Shown: piece after piece, positions 37,243 to 46,096 of the stretch
Position numbering within the stretch: the stretch's first letter is position 1
Layout: every line of letters starts with the position of its first letter
Assembly (NCBI GenBank): GCA_041690395.1
Contig: JAWLHJ010000001.1
Span: 416,001 to 480,000 of the forward strand
From: Longimicrobiales bacterium
Lineage (GTDB): Bacteria; Gemmatimonadota; Gemmatimonadetes; Longimicrobiales; Gaopeijiaceae
Direction: 5' to 3'
Length of the DNA stretch: 64,000 bases
The notes under the pieces: generated by a model
What the model saw: the letters and a program-made list of their open reading frames with translations, nothing else
What the model was told of the DNA's origin: nothing
The model's database searches: none
Translations under genes and position numbers: made by a program

Positions 37243-38475
37243 CTAGAGCCGGAAACCTTTTGCCGCCCTGAGGAGCTCGAGGAGCCGACGTCGGTCGGTC
37301 CTTGACACCAAGGAATGGGAGGGGAGCGTGATGAGCTCCCGGGCCAACTGCTCAGCCCCGCCGAGTCCGCTTGGCTGCGCATGCCAGAGCGCCTTGACGG
37401 CTTCGAGGCGCGAAAGGGGAAGAGGGTACCCAGGGCTCACCCCGAGCCAACGGCCTCGCTCCAGGAGGCGATCCCGGACCTCCGGGTCGGGCACTAGGAC
37501 CGGGATTCTGAGGTACGAAGACCGACCTCGGTCCAGGGGTCTGCAGAACGTTGCCGAGGGCATGTCCAGGCCCTGCTCGCTCCACTTCTCGACCGAGAGC
37601 CGGCGGACATCGACCTCGGCGAAGGCGAGATCCTCGTGGGCCAAGATCGTGGCGGCAGCCGCGGGCGGCATGGACCGGGGCGACGAAGGCGCACTGTACA
37701 CGGTCTCGCCCAGCTCGAGGCCGGGCAGGAGGTTCGGTAGAGCATAGAGCCATGGGCGGCCCAGGAGCCACTGTGCCATGGACAGACTCCACGTCCGGGT
37801 CCCCGAGAAGGGGTCGTGACTGAGCAGATCCGAAGCTCGATCCTGCGCCCTCTCTATGATCTGGGGATGGCGCACGAGCAGAGCACCCCCGCCTCCGCCC
37901 GTCCAGCCCTTCCCGCGGCCGAAGCTCAACACCGTGAGGTCGCCGAAACTGCCTCCCTTTCGACCTTTCCACCCCGAACCCATTCCTTGTGCAGCGTCCT
38001 CGATGAGGAGCGCTCCAGCCCCATGCGTCGCGCTGCGAAGCTCGGTCCAGTCCAGCGGGAACCCGTATAGGTTGCCGGCGACCACGGCGACCGGAGGTTT
38101 GTACTTCGTCCGCCCCTGTCCTTCAGGTCGCAGCCCGGCGGCCAGCGATGTCATGTCGGGCGCGAGGGAGATCGGGTCGATGTCGTAAAACATCACAGGC
38201 ACGTGCGCACCGGCCGCCGCTGTCACCAGATCGAAGCACGAGTACGCCGGGAGGGCCATGGGGCCACCTGGGCGAAGCTCCTGGGCCAACTCCATCGCGA
38301 TCTGAAGCGCATGCGTGCCCGAATCCGTCAACAGAACCAAGGGAGCGTCGAAGCGGGCGGCGAGACGGGCCTCCAGCTCGGCCAAAGTGCGCTCCGGAGC
38401 AAGTACTGCCGTCTTCGCCGCGGCCAAGAGCCGGTGGGCACGGAGGGGCGAATAGCTTGCGAGCTGGCGTCGCAT
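37243..38475 (-). CDS. DegT/DnrJ/EryC1/StrS family PLP-dependent sugar aminotransferase
   Basis: DSGTHAL, LPAYSC, LIEDAAQ, SFGRGK (PLP Lys), GGGGAL, ITLPSH. Confidence 0.88.
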   Translation of the reverse strand: MRRQLASYSPLRAHRLLAAAKTAVLAPERTLAELEARLAARFDAPLVLLTDSGTHALQIAMELAQELRPGGPMALPAYSCFDLVTAAAGAHVPVMFYDIDPISLAPDMTSLAAGLRPEGQGRTKYKPPVAVVAGNLYGFPLDWTELRSATHGAGALLIEDAAQGMGSGWKGRKGGSFGDLTVLSFGRGKGWTGGGGGALLVRHPQIIERAQDRASDLLSHDPFSGTRTWSLSMAQWLLGRPWLYALPNLLPGLELGETVYSAPSSPRSMPPAAAATILAHEDLAFAEVDVRRLSVEKWSEQGLDMPSATFCRPLDRGRSSYLRIPVLVPDPEVRDRLLERGRWLGVSPGYPLPLSRLEAVKALWHAQPSGLGGAEQLARELITLPSHSLVSRTDRRRLLELLRAAKGFRL

Positions 38476-38640
38476 CAGACCGGGGAGAGAATGGAATCTT
38501 CGACCAACTCGAAGTTAACGTCGGCATACCCATTCGCGAGATCGGTGGCCTGCGAGGGCCCGGTCGACATATGGCGTTTGGTCCACCCCGACTTCCTTTG
38601 GCACATTCTTACGCTGCCCTGACTTTCACCGACCCCCCGC

Positions 38641-39903
38641 ATGCGCCTCGCCTCTCATGTCCGAATTGGGACCCTCCTCCGGTGGTCCATGGCCATTGGG
38701 TGGATCTGCCTCGTAGCCCTCATCACCTTCACGCCCGCAGCGCCGAGTCGCGCCTGGGTCGAGGGAGGTTACAGGACCTGCATCATCTGCGGTGAGCGAG
38801 GGACGGGTGACGCTATCCTGAACGTCGTGCTTTTCGTCCCTCTTGGGCTCCTTCTGGGCCGCATGTGGTCCCCCGGCAAGGTCGCCCTGGTGGGACTCCT
38901 GGTGTCCGGAGTCGTCGAGGGGGTTCAGGCTTCGGTGCCAGGGCGATTCTCCGGCGTTGCGGACTTGGTCTGGAATACCACGGGAGCGGGCTTGGGGGCG
39001 TGGATGGCCGCATACCTGGCTCACGTTCTCCGCATACCACGACCCTGGAGCCTGTCTCCTCGACGTCCTGCCGCGCTCCTCGCCAGCTCTCTCCCGCTGG
39101 CGTACCTGACTTCCTTCGGGGTCCTCCTTCATCCGGTGGGGACCGAAGAGCCCTATGTGGGCATGGTGAACCCCCGATTGGAGCAGTTCGCAAGGTATCC
39201 TGGAGAGATCCACCACGTTGAGCTGAGCGGAGAACCGCTTTCCAGCGTCCCGTGGATCCCGAAGTTCGATCCGCGCTTCGCACCTGATGAGGAATGGGTA
39301 CTGCGTCTAGCGGTCACCAAGGCTCCCCCACCTGACGGCATCGCGGCTTTGGCGACCATATACGACATGGAACAGAACGAGATCCTTCTGCTCGGCGTGC
39401 TGGGCGAGGATCTGGTCTGGCGGGAGCGGAGGTGGGCAGATGTGGCCCGAATGGACCGACCCCTCATGCGGTGGAGAGGAGCCCTTCGAGAGTTGCTCTC
39501 GGGAGATACCGCGGTCATCGAAGTCCGAGGCACGGGAACCGCGCGTTGTCTAGCTGTGGACGCGGCGACTCGCTGTGACCTGGGTGTCACTCCGGGAGAT
39601 ACCTGGTCCTTCCTGCTATCCCTGGATGGGGCTTCTGCATCGCTGCAGGCGGTTCTCGGGACGGGGTGGATGGCTGTGCTCCTGTTTCCCCTGGGGCTTC
39701 TGGGTGGGCCGCTGACGAGGACGGTCGCGTTGGGCGGTCTCACTGCCATCGGGGTGCTTCTGATCGCCGTCCTTACGCCCTTCTCGCCGCCCCCCTGGTG
39801 GGAGTGGAGCGGCTTTGTTCTCGGCGTCGTGGTCGGTATCGGCTCGCGTGCTCCGACGACGGCATTCCTTTCCGGCGGCCCCCGATTCATGTCCGCCCCT
39901 TGA
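38641..39903 (+). CDS. VanZ family membrane protein with an inserted soluble domain
   Basis: DAILNVVLFVPLG, VEGVQ...GRFSGVADLVWNTTG (VanZ signature), then a soluble beta-rich region and C-terminal TMs. Confidence 0.75.
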   Translation: MRLASHVRIGTLLRWSMAIGWICLVALITFTPAAPSRAWVEGGYRTCIICGERGTGDAILNVVLFVPLGLLLGRMWSPGKVALVGLLVSGVVEGVQASVPGRFSGVADLVWNTTGAGLGAWMAAYLAHVLRIPRPWSLSPRRPAALLASSLPLAYLTSFGVLLHPVGTEEPYVGMVNPRLEQFARYPGEIHHVELSGEPLSSVPWIPKFDPRFAPDEEWVLRLAVTKAPPPDGIAALATIYDMEQNEILLLGVLGEDLVWRERRWADVARMDRPLMRWRGALRELLSGDTAVIEVRGTGTARCLAVDAATRCDLGVTPGDTWSFLLSLDGASASLQAVLGTGWMAVLLFPLGLLGGPLTRTVALGGLTAIGVLLIAVLTPFSPPPWWEWSGFVLGVVVGIGSRAPTTAFLSGGPRFMSAP

Positions 39904-39916
39904 GATAAGGTCGGCA

Positions 39917-39932
39917 TGGAACGTGTCTTGCC
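39917..39932 (+). promoter_or_regulatory. Candidate sigma54 -24/-12 promoter for the GNAT-deacetylase-ACP-FkbH-MTase operon
   Basis: TGGAACGTGTCTTGCC, GG-N10-GC spacing, about 90 nt upstream of the start. Confidence 0.5.
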
Positions 39933-40023
39933 GCTGCAGTCCGGTCGACCCAGGAGCATCAGCGCGCTTCCCGGGTAACCGGCTCCAGTCCCACCTGCAT
40001 TCGTCCTCAGACCTCCTCCCTGC

Positions 40024-41193
40024 GTGTCTGCTTCGAAAGAAAAACCTCAGCGCACGCGCCCCGCCGTCTACGTCGGGCATGTGGAGGACGGGCACAACGA
40101 AGGCCTCGCCACCTTCTTTCGGTCGGTCTGGTCTCCGACGGCAACAGGTGAGAGCGTGGCGGGCTGGCGAGCCGACGAGGCGGAGCACAACCCGGCGGAT
40201 CCGGGCGTCGAGCCGCCCAAGTGGATCTTCACTCGGGACGAGGTGGTCCTCGGATACCTCGGGACGATCCCTGACCGCTTCTCTGTAGGGGGGGAGAGCT
40301 TCCCCGCATACTGGCTCAAGGGATTTCAGGTGGATCCGGCCTTCCGGTCGGGTCCGGTCGGGTTCGAGATCCTGCGGACCGCGATTGGGTCCTTGCAGGC
40401 AGCTGCCGCGACCGTAGTCGCTCCGGAGGCCAGACGGCTGTTCGAGGCCCACGGACTTCGGGATCTCGGTGTTCTGTTCAACCGGATCCTGCCCTTACGG
40501 CCGGCCCGTATCTTGGCTCGACTTGAGCCTGCAAGAGTTCTGGAGGGCGTCCCGTCGTACATCCAGACGGGGACCGACGTGGTCCGGCGGACCGGCCTCG
40601 CGTATCCTGCTGGCGTCGCCGTATCGGCGGCTCTGGCCTTCGGCTCGATGCTGCGCGGCCGACCGCCGCGCGGCCTGCGGACGACGGTTGGCTGGGATGC
40701 GATATTGGACGAGGCGATCGATGCTGTCTGGGACGAGTTTCGCGCCCAGGTATCGTACGCAGCCCTTCGGGATGCGCGCTTCGTCCGCTGGCGGTATCAG
40801 GATGGCGACCGCTACCAGGTTGTCGCGGTGTGGGCCAACGGGGTCCTGCGGGGATGGGCGGTGGTGCGACGACCCGGCCCGGCCGCGCAAGGCCGATTGG
40901 AGGGCCTGTCCGTAGCCACGCTTACCGACGTCGTCTTCCTTCCGCAAGATACACCTGCAGGGTTGGCCGTGGTGGCGGCGGCGGAGAGGCTGGCCACAGA
41001 GATGGGCGCAGACGCAGTGCTGTGCTCGGGATCACATCCGGCTCTTGGTCGGGTACTGTCCCGACGCAGCTTTCTCAAAATACCCGGGAACGTGCACTTC
41101 ATGGCCAGGGATGCCGACGACAGATGTTTTCCGGGTCCGCTCGAGTCGTGGTGGCTTACACGTGGCGACGGGCAGGCCGATGGAGCTTTCTGA
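40024..41193 (+). CDS. GNAT-fold acyltransferase (tandem GNAT type found in polysaccharide loci)
   Basis: NPA, VLGYLG, FQVDPAFRSG (motif A), RDARFVRWRY, C-terminal W.LTRGDGQ.D. Confidence 0.7.
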   Translation: MSASKEKPQRTRPAVYVGHVEDGHNEGLATFFRSVWSPTATGESVAGWRADEAEHNPADPGVEPPKWIFTRDEVVLGYLGTIPDRFSVGGESFPAYWLKGFQVDPAFRSGPVGFEILRTAIGSLQAAAATVVAPEARRLFEAHGLRDLGVLFNRILPLRPARILARLEPARVLEGVPSYIQTGTDVVRRTGLAYPAGVAVSAALAFGSMLRGRPPRGLRTTVGWDAILDEAIDAVWDEFRAQVSYAALRDARFVRWRYQDGDRYQVVAVWANGVLRGWAVVRRPGPAAQGRLEGLSVATLTDVVFLPQDTPAGLAVVAAAERLATEMGADAVLCSGSHPALGRVLSRRSFLKIPGNVHFMARDADDRCFPGPLESWWLTRGDGQADGAF

Positions 41194-42169
41194 CGAGGTG
41201 CGAGACAGCGGCATGGAGTTCCCGAACGGAGCGCGGTTCGCGTTCACGATCTTCGACGACACGGACGACGGGACGTTGGCGAATCTGCGCCCGATCTACG
41301 AGCTGCTCGACGAGCTGGGCATGCGAGCCACCAAGACGGTGTGGCCGTTCCGCCACGAAGGCCCTTCGGACTTCTTCGCTTGTGAGACGCTGGAGGACGA
41401 CCGATACCGGGAGTGGGTGCGCAGCCTCCAGGCCCAGGGCTTCGAGGTCACCTGGCACTGTGCGTCGTTCGAGTCGAGTGGCCGCGAGCGGACCGCCGCC
41501 GGGATCGAGCGGTTCACGGACGTTTTTGGGAGCAGCCCTAGAATTCACGCGAACCATGCGCTGAACCGCGAGAACCTGTATTGGGGTCGGGGGCGGCTGG
41601 ACATGCCGAGCCTCGCTTCCCTCCTCGGGTGGGCCACCCGTACCGATCCTGACTATTATCAGGGCCATATCCAGGGCTCACCGTGGTGGTGGGGAGATCT
41701 CGCCCAACGCCACGTCCTTTACGGCAGGAACCTTACCTTCAACGATCTCAATGTGGCCAAAGTGAACCCATCGATGCCGTACTCGGATCCCCGTCGCTCC
41801 TTGATACCGCTATGGTTCTCCGCGTCTGATGCCGAGACGGTGCGGGAGTTCAACCGCTTGACGTCTCCGGGGAACGTCGACCGGCTCGAGAGGGAAGGAG
41901 GGTTCACGATCATCGCCACCCATCTGGGCAAGGGCTTCGTGCGCGATGGGGAGGTCAATCCAGAGACGCGGCGAAACCTCGAGTATGTGGCACGGCGACC
42001 GGGGTGGTTCCCCACTGCAGGTGAGCTTCTGGATTGGCTCAAGGAGCGGCGCGGCTCCCTCGCGTTACCTCGTAGGGAATGGGCGAAGATGCAGAGGCGC
42101 TTCGCGCGAGATCTGGTTCTCAGGAAAGTCCGATTCAAGTGGGATCGTCGGTCCAGCAGCTCAACATGA
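41180..42169 (+). CDS. Polysaccharide deacetylase-like (NodB-fold) protein
   Basis: FAFTIFDDTDD, TKTVW, GFEVTWH, HANH..N.EN.YWG, THLGKGF; overlaps both neighbours. Confidence 0.65.
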   Translation: MELSDEVRDSGMEFPNGARFAFTIFDDTDDGTLANLRPIYELLDELGMRATKTVWPFRHEGPSDFFACETLEDDRYREWVRSLQAQGFEVTWHCASFESSGRERTAAGIERFTDVFGSSPRIHANHALNRENLYWGRGRLDMPSLASLLGWATRTDPDYYQGHIQGSPWWWGDLAQRHVLYGRNLTFNDLNVAKVNPSMPYSDPRRSLIPLWFSASDAETVREFNRLTSPGNVDRLEREGGFTIIATHLGKGFVRDGEVNPETRRNLEYVARRPGWFPTAGELLDWLKERRGSLALPRREWAKMQRRFARDLVLRKVRFKWDRRSSSST

Positions 42170-42432
42170 ACAGGACGAACATGCCCATGGAGATCGAGAG
42201 CCGATTGATCGAGATCTTCAGTGCTGTCTTCGAGCTACCCGCAGAGGTCGACCCGAGGTCACTCGACCGGCAGTCGAGTGAAAGATGGGACTCTCTCGGC
42301 CACACGTCGCTCGTGACCGCCCTGGAATCCGAGTTCGAGATCTCGATTGGGACAGCGGACTCTCTCGAGCTCGACTCGTTCGACTCGGCCATGATGATCG
42401 TCGAGGAGCTTCTCACCGAGCGGCAGGGCTGA
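42166..42432 (+). CDS. Stand-alone acyl carrier protein
   Basis: Small acidic protein with the WDSLGH phosphopantetheine site and LESEFEI; ATGA overlap with the upstream gene. Confidence 0.88.
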   Translation: MNRTNMPMEIESRLIEIFSAVFELPAEVDPRSLDRQSSERWDSLGHTSLVTALESEFEISIGTADSLELDSFDSAMMIVEELLTERQG

Positions 42433-42436
42433 CGGG

Positions 42437-44068
42437 ATGAAATTTCTCGAGGCGAGAAGGATCCTGGCCAGCTTCGAGGGCGGCCCACCGCTCGACTTCC
42501 TCTTGGGTATGTCGGGGCAGCCCGAGCCGCTCCTCCCGTTCCTTCAGGCCGCCGCGGCCGAACGCGGGTTCGAGGCAAGAGTCCGGACGCTGCCGTTCAA
42601 CACGCTGACTCAGACCCTGCATGTTCCTCCGGAGGACGACGAGACCGAAGTCTTTCTCCTCTTCCCATGGGACCTACTGCCTGAGTTGGATTGGCGGTCG
42701 GGGTTTCCCGAGGCCCCCAGATCCCTGCATGAGCTCCTGGAGGACGCACGCGCCGTGATGGAGCGGATCCGGAGCCGGAAGCGCCCACCCTTGCTCTACG
42801 TGGCGTCGCCGATCCCCGAGGTCTTGCCGAACCATCATGCGTCGCGTGCCATCGACCATCACCTTCGGGCCATTGTGGAAGAGGTCGGTGGGGACGTGTT
42901 CCCTGGGGATGCTGTGTCACTGGAGAGTCTCTTTCGGTCCGGATCGCCCTTGGCCTCGTCTGCTCTCGGCTCCTTAGCCCGTGGCATCATCACGGCTGTC
43001 TTGGAGCGTCGGCCGTCCAGCGGAAAGGTCTTGGTTACGGACTTCGACAATACCCTTTGGCATGGGGTAGTCGGGGAGGATGGGGTCGATGGCCTCCACT
43101 TCTCCGCCTCCGGCTTGGGCTTTATCCACTTCGTCTATCAGACATTTATCAAGCGGCTCAAGAGAGCGGGCGTACTTATCGCCGGCGTGACCAAGAACGA
43201 CCCGGATCTGGCCACGGCCCCTCTGGAGGCCGAGGGCAGCGTTCTCGTACCCAACGACTTCGTGAGCATTCTCGCCAGCTACAACGCCAAGTCCAGTCAG
43301 ATCGAGGAGCTGGCCCGGCAACTGAACCTCGGTCTGGATTCGTTCGTGTTCGTGGATGACAATCCGGTGGAGCTGGCGGAGGTCGGCAAGGTCCTGCCGG
43401 ACATTCGTCTCGTCCAGTTCCCCCGTGATGCCGCGGAGCTGCCACGCATGATCTCCGAGCTCTCACGCTTCTTCCATCGGGAGGAGCTGTCGGACGAAGA
43501 CCGCGAGCGCACCGAGCTGTATCGCCGCCGAGTGGCCGGCTTGGTGCCGAAGGACGTGCGAGGTGCGGATCTCAAGGACTTCCTCAAGGGCCTCGAGATG
43601 CGTCTCACCGTGCGCGATCGGTCGGAGGGAGATCGACAGCGCGCCGTCCAGCTCATCAACAAGACGAACCAATTCAATCTGAACGGAATCCGAGTCCCCG
43701 ACGATGAGGTGGAGACCCTGCTCGCTGACGGCGGGCGCCTCTTCACGGCGAGCCTCTCCGATCGTCACGGGAGCCACGGAGAGATTCTTTCATGCCTCGT
43801 CGACGGGGACGGCACCATAAGGTCCCTGGTCATGTCCTGCCGGGTATTTCAGCGACGCGTGGAGTATGCCTTCCTCGTGTGGCTTTCCGACCGCCTCCCT
43901 TCCCGGACTCGGTTGGCCTATGTGGAGACGGAGCGGAACGAGCCGCTCCGGAGGTTCCTCAGGGATCCAGCGTTCGCTGCGGAGGATGACGGCGTTACAC
44001 TCGATCTTGAGGCGTTCGCGCGAGCTCATCGGGATGATCTCGCTCTCTTTGACATCGAGAGCCCCTAG
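42437..44068 (+). CDS. FkbH-like HAD-IIIC glyceryl-ACP synthase
   Basis: DFDNTLWHGVVGEDG, TKND, LNLGLDSFVFVDDNPVE, QLINKTNQFNL, MSCRV (acyl-accepting Cys). Confidence 0.9.
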   Translation: MKFLEARRILASFEGGPPLDFLLGMSGQPEPLLPFLQAAAAERGFEARVRTLPFNTLTQTLHVPPEDDETEVFLLFPWDLLPELDWRSGFPEAPRSLHELLEDARAVMERIRSRKRPPLLYVASPIPEVLPNHHASRAIDHHLRAIVEEVGGDVFPGDAVSLESLFRSGSPLASSALGSLARGIITAVLERRPSSGKVLVTDFDNTLWHGVVGEDGVDGLHFSASGLGFIHFVYQTFIKRLKRAGVLIAGVTKNDPDLATAPLEAEGSVLVPNDFVSILASYNAKSSQIEELARQLNLGLDSFVFVDDNPVELAEVGKVLPDIRLVQFPRDAAELPRMISELSRFFHREELSDEDRERTELYRRRVAGLVPKDVRGADLKDFLKGLEMRLTVRDRSEGDRQRAVQLINKTNQFNLNGIRVPDDEVETLLADGGRLFTASLSDRHGSHGEILSCLVDGDGTIRSLVMSCRVFQRRVEYAFLVWLSDRLPSRTRLAYVETERNEPLRRFLRDPAFAAEDDGVTLDLEAFARAHRDDLALFDIESP

Positions 44069-44108
44069 CCGCATGCGCACACACATCGCGACAAGGGGGC
44101 TCTGAGCC

Positions 44109-44984
44109 GTGCACGAGACTCGGCGAGAGAAGACCCCCGTCGAATTCTTCGACACGACCGCCAGTGAGTACGCGCACCAGCACTACGAGGCCGACGCGCA
44201 TTCCTTCATGCGAAACCGGCATGCCCGGATTTTGGAGTTCTTGGAGGGGTTGAGCACTGCGGTCACGCCTCTCGAGGTGCTGGATGCGGGCTGTGGGCCG
44301 GGATTTCTGGTCCAGGAGTTCGCTCGGCGCGGTTGGGGCGTCACGGCCATGGATGCTGCGCCGGGAATGCTGAGGGAGGCTCGATCGAGGATCGATCGGT
44401 CCGACTCAGGCGAGCGTGTTTCTTATTCGTGTGGGAGCATCGACCTACTTCCGTTTCGAGACGACTCGTTCGACCTGGTGTGCTCGACCGGAGTGATCGA
44501 GTATCTACCGGCTGACGAGCCAGTTCTCGCGGAGTTTGCTCGTGTCATGCGTCCGGGCGGCCGGTTGATCCTGTCCGTCACGAACGATTCTGCCCCGAGC
44601 CTGGCGCTGGATTCGGCGATAGAGGCATTGAAGCGGTCAGATGCGGTGCGGTCCATGTTCAACAGCCTCTGGACCCGTCTGGGCAAGCCGCCGGCCCGCC
44701 CGCGGCATTTCCACGTCCGGAGGCACCAGCCTAGACGATTCAGTGCAGCCTTGGGCCCGGCGGGCTTCGAGGTCGTCCGGGACGGCTATTTTCACTACCT
44801 GCCGTGGCCCCGCCCTCTCGACAAGGCCTTTCCGAGGGTCACTGCGCAGATCGGGCGGCGTATGGAGGCTTTGCTGCCTTCCACGAAGTTGCGTGGACTC
44901 GGAGAGGGCTACGTCGTGCTTGCAAGGAAAGCAGATCAAGGGACCGCGAATCGCGATCATCCCTCCGATATCGCATCGCTGTAG
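44109..44984 (+). CDS. Class I SAM-dependent methyltransferase
   Basis: VLDAGCGPG, LPFRDDSFDLV, RVMRPGG. Confidence 0.9.
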   Translation: MHETRREKTPVEFFDTTASEYAHQHYEADAHSFMRNRHARILEFLEGLSTAVTPLEVLDAGCGPGFLVQEFARRGWGVTAMDAAPGMLREARSRIDRSDSGERVSYSCGSIDLLPFRDDSFDLVCSTGVIEYLPADEPVLAEFARVMRPGGRLILSVTNDSAPSLALDSAIEALKRSDAVRSMFNSLWTRLGKPPARPRHFHVRRHQPRRFSAALGPAGFEVVRDGYFHYLPWPRPLDKAFPRVTAQIGRRMEALLPSTKLRGLGEGYVVLARKADQGTANRDHPSDIASL

Positions 44985-46096
44985 AGGGCCGCGTACGCTC
45001 GACCGACTGAGTCGAGGGAGAACTTCTTTCGGATGACCTCCCGTGCTTCGAGGCCGAGGGACCGGGCGAGGGCTGAGTCCTTGAGCACGCGGAGAACCGC
45101 CTTTGCGAAGGCGGCGGGGTCCTTGGGAGCCACGAGCAGGCCCGTCTTTCCCTCCATGACGAGCTCTGGGTTGCCCCCCACGCGCGTGGCGACGACAGGG
45201 ATACCGTGGCTCATGGACTCCAAGATCGTCATGGAGAGCCCCTCCGAAAGCGACGTGAGGACGGACACGTCCATGATCGGATAACATTTCGCCATGTCGT
45301 CTCGATATCCGGCGAAGATGAGTCTGCTCGTCACTCCCAGCCGGCTGGCCCGAGCCTCGAGGTCCTGCCGATCGGGCCCGTCGCCGAAGATCACGAACCG
45401 GACCCGTGGCTCCTCCGCGAGAATCAGCGGCATGGATTCGATGAAATAGGGGACACCCTTGACCGCTCGATTCAGGTTCGAGACCATGCCCACGACCCGG
45501 TCCTCGGGGACCAGGCCCAGCTCTCGCCGGAGCAATCTCGTGTCCTCGTCCGCTGTCTCGGGTTGCTCGGGCACGATGACGCCGTTGTGGATGACCGTGA
45601 CCTGCCGCGCATCGAGGCCCTCCCGCTCAACGACGACGTCTTGGACCGCTTGGGACACACACACTACCCGATCGGGTATATGGGCAGTGGCCTGGAGCAT
45701 TCTGTAGTCCAGATCCGTCCAACTGAAGCCCTGGTCTTCTCGATTCTCGATCAGAAACCGAACGAGTCCAAGGGCTTTCAGGACGCGGGCATACATGATG
45801 GCCCAGAAAAAGTAGGTGTGTACGATGTCCGGCTGGATCTGCCGGATGATGGCGGCAGCCTGCCTCAAGTCTCTGAGTTGAGCCAGTGGAAATCGGTCTA
45901 GAAGCCGGTACGTGGGTCTACGCACGAGCCTGACAGAAGCCGGGAGCGTGACGTCCATCGGGCCCTGACATAACACGTGTACATCAAGACCGGCGCGCAC
46001 GAGGCGTTCGATCACCGAGCGCATGTGGGCGCCAGTACCCCCGCCCATGTCCGCCGTGAGGAAAAGGACGCGCGTCGGGCGTCCATCGGGCTCCAT
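44957..46096 (-). CDS. Glycosyltransferase family 4
   Basis: PDIVHT, CVSQAV, IHNGV, KG, FGDGP, SLSEGLSMTILESM, VATRVGGNPE; TGATG coupling at 46096. Confidence 0.92.
   Translation of the reverse strand: MEPDGRPTRVLFLTADMGGGTGAHMRSVIERLVRAGLDVHVLCQGPMDVTLPASVRLVRRPTYRLLDRFPLAQLRDLRQAAAIIRQIQPDIVHTYFFWAIMYARVLKALGLVRFLIENREDQGFSWTDLDYRMLQATAHIPDRVVCVSQAVQDVVVEREGLDARQVTVIHNGVIVPEQPETADEDTRLLRRELGLVPEDRVVGMVSNLNRAVKGVPYFIESMPLILAEEPRVRFVIFGDGPDRQDLEARASRLGVTSRLIFAGYRDDMAKCYPIMDVSVLTSLSEGLSMTILESMSHGIPVVATRVGGNPELVMEGKTGLLVAPKDPAAFAKAVLRVLKDSALARSLGLEAREVIRKKFSLDSVGRAYAALYSDAISEG

Noticed and set aside
10395..39903. Antibiotic resistance or peptidoglycan role for the FemAB and VanZ genes
   Set aside because: The FemAB motifs match the exosortase-associated subfamily, and no van ligase or mur genes are present.
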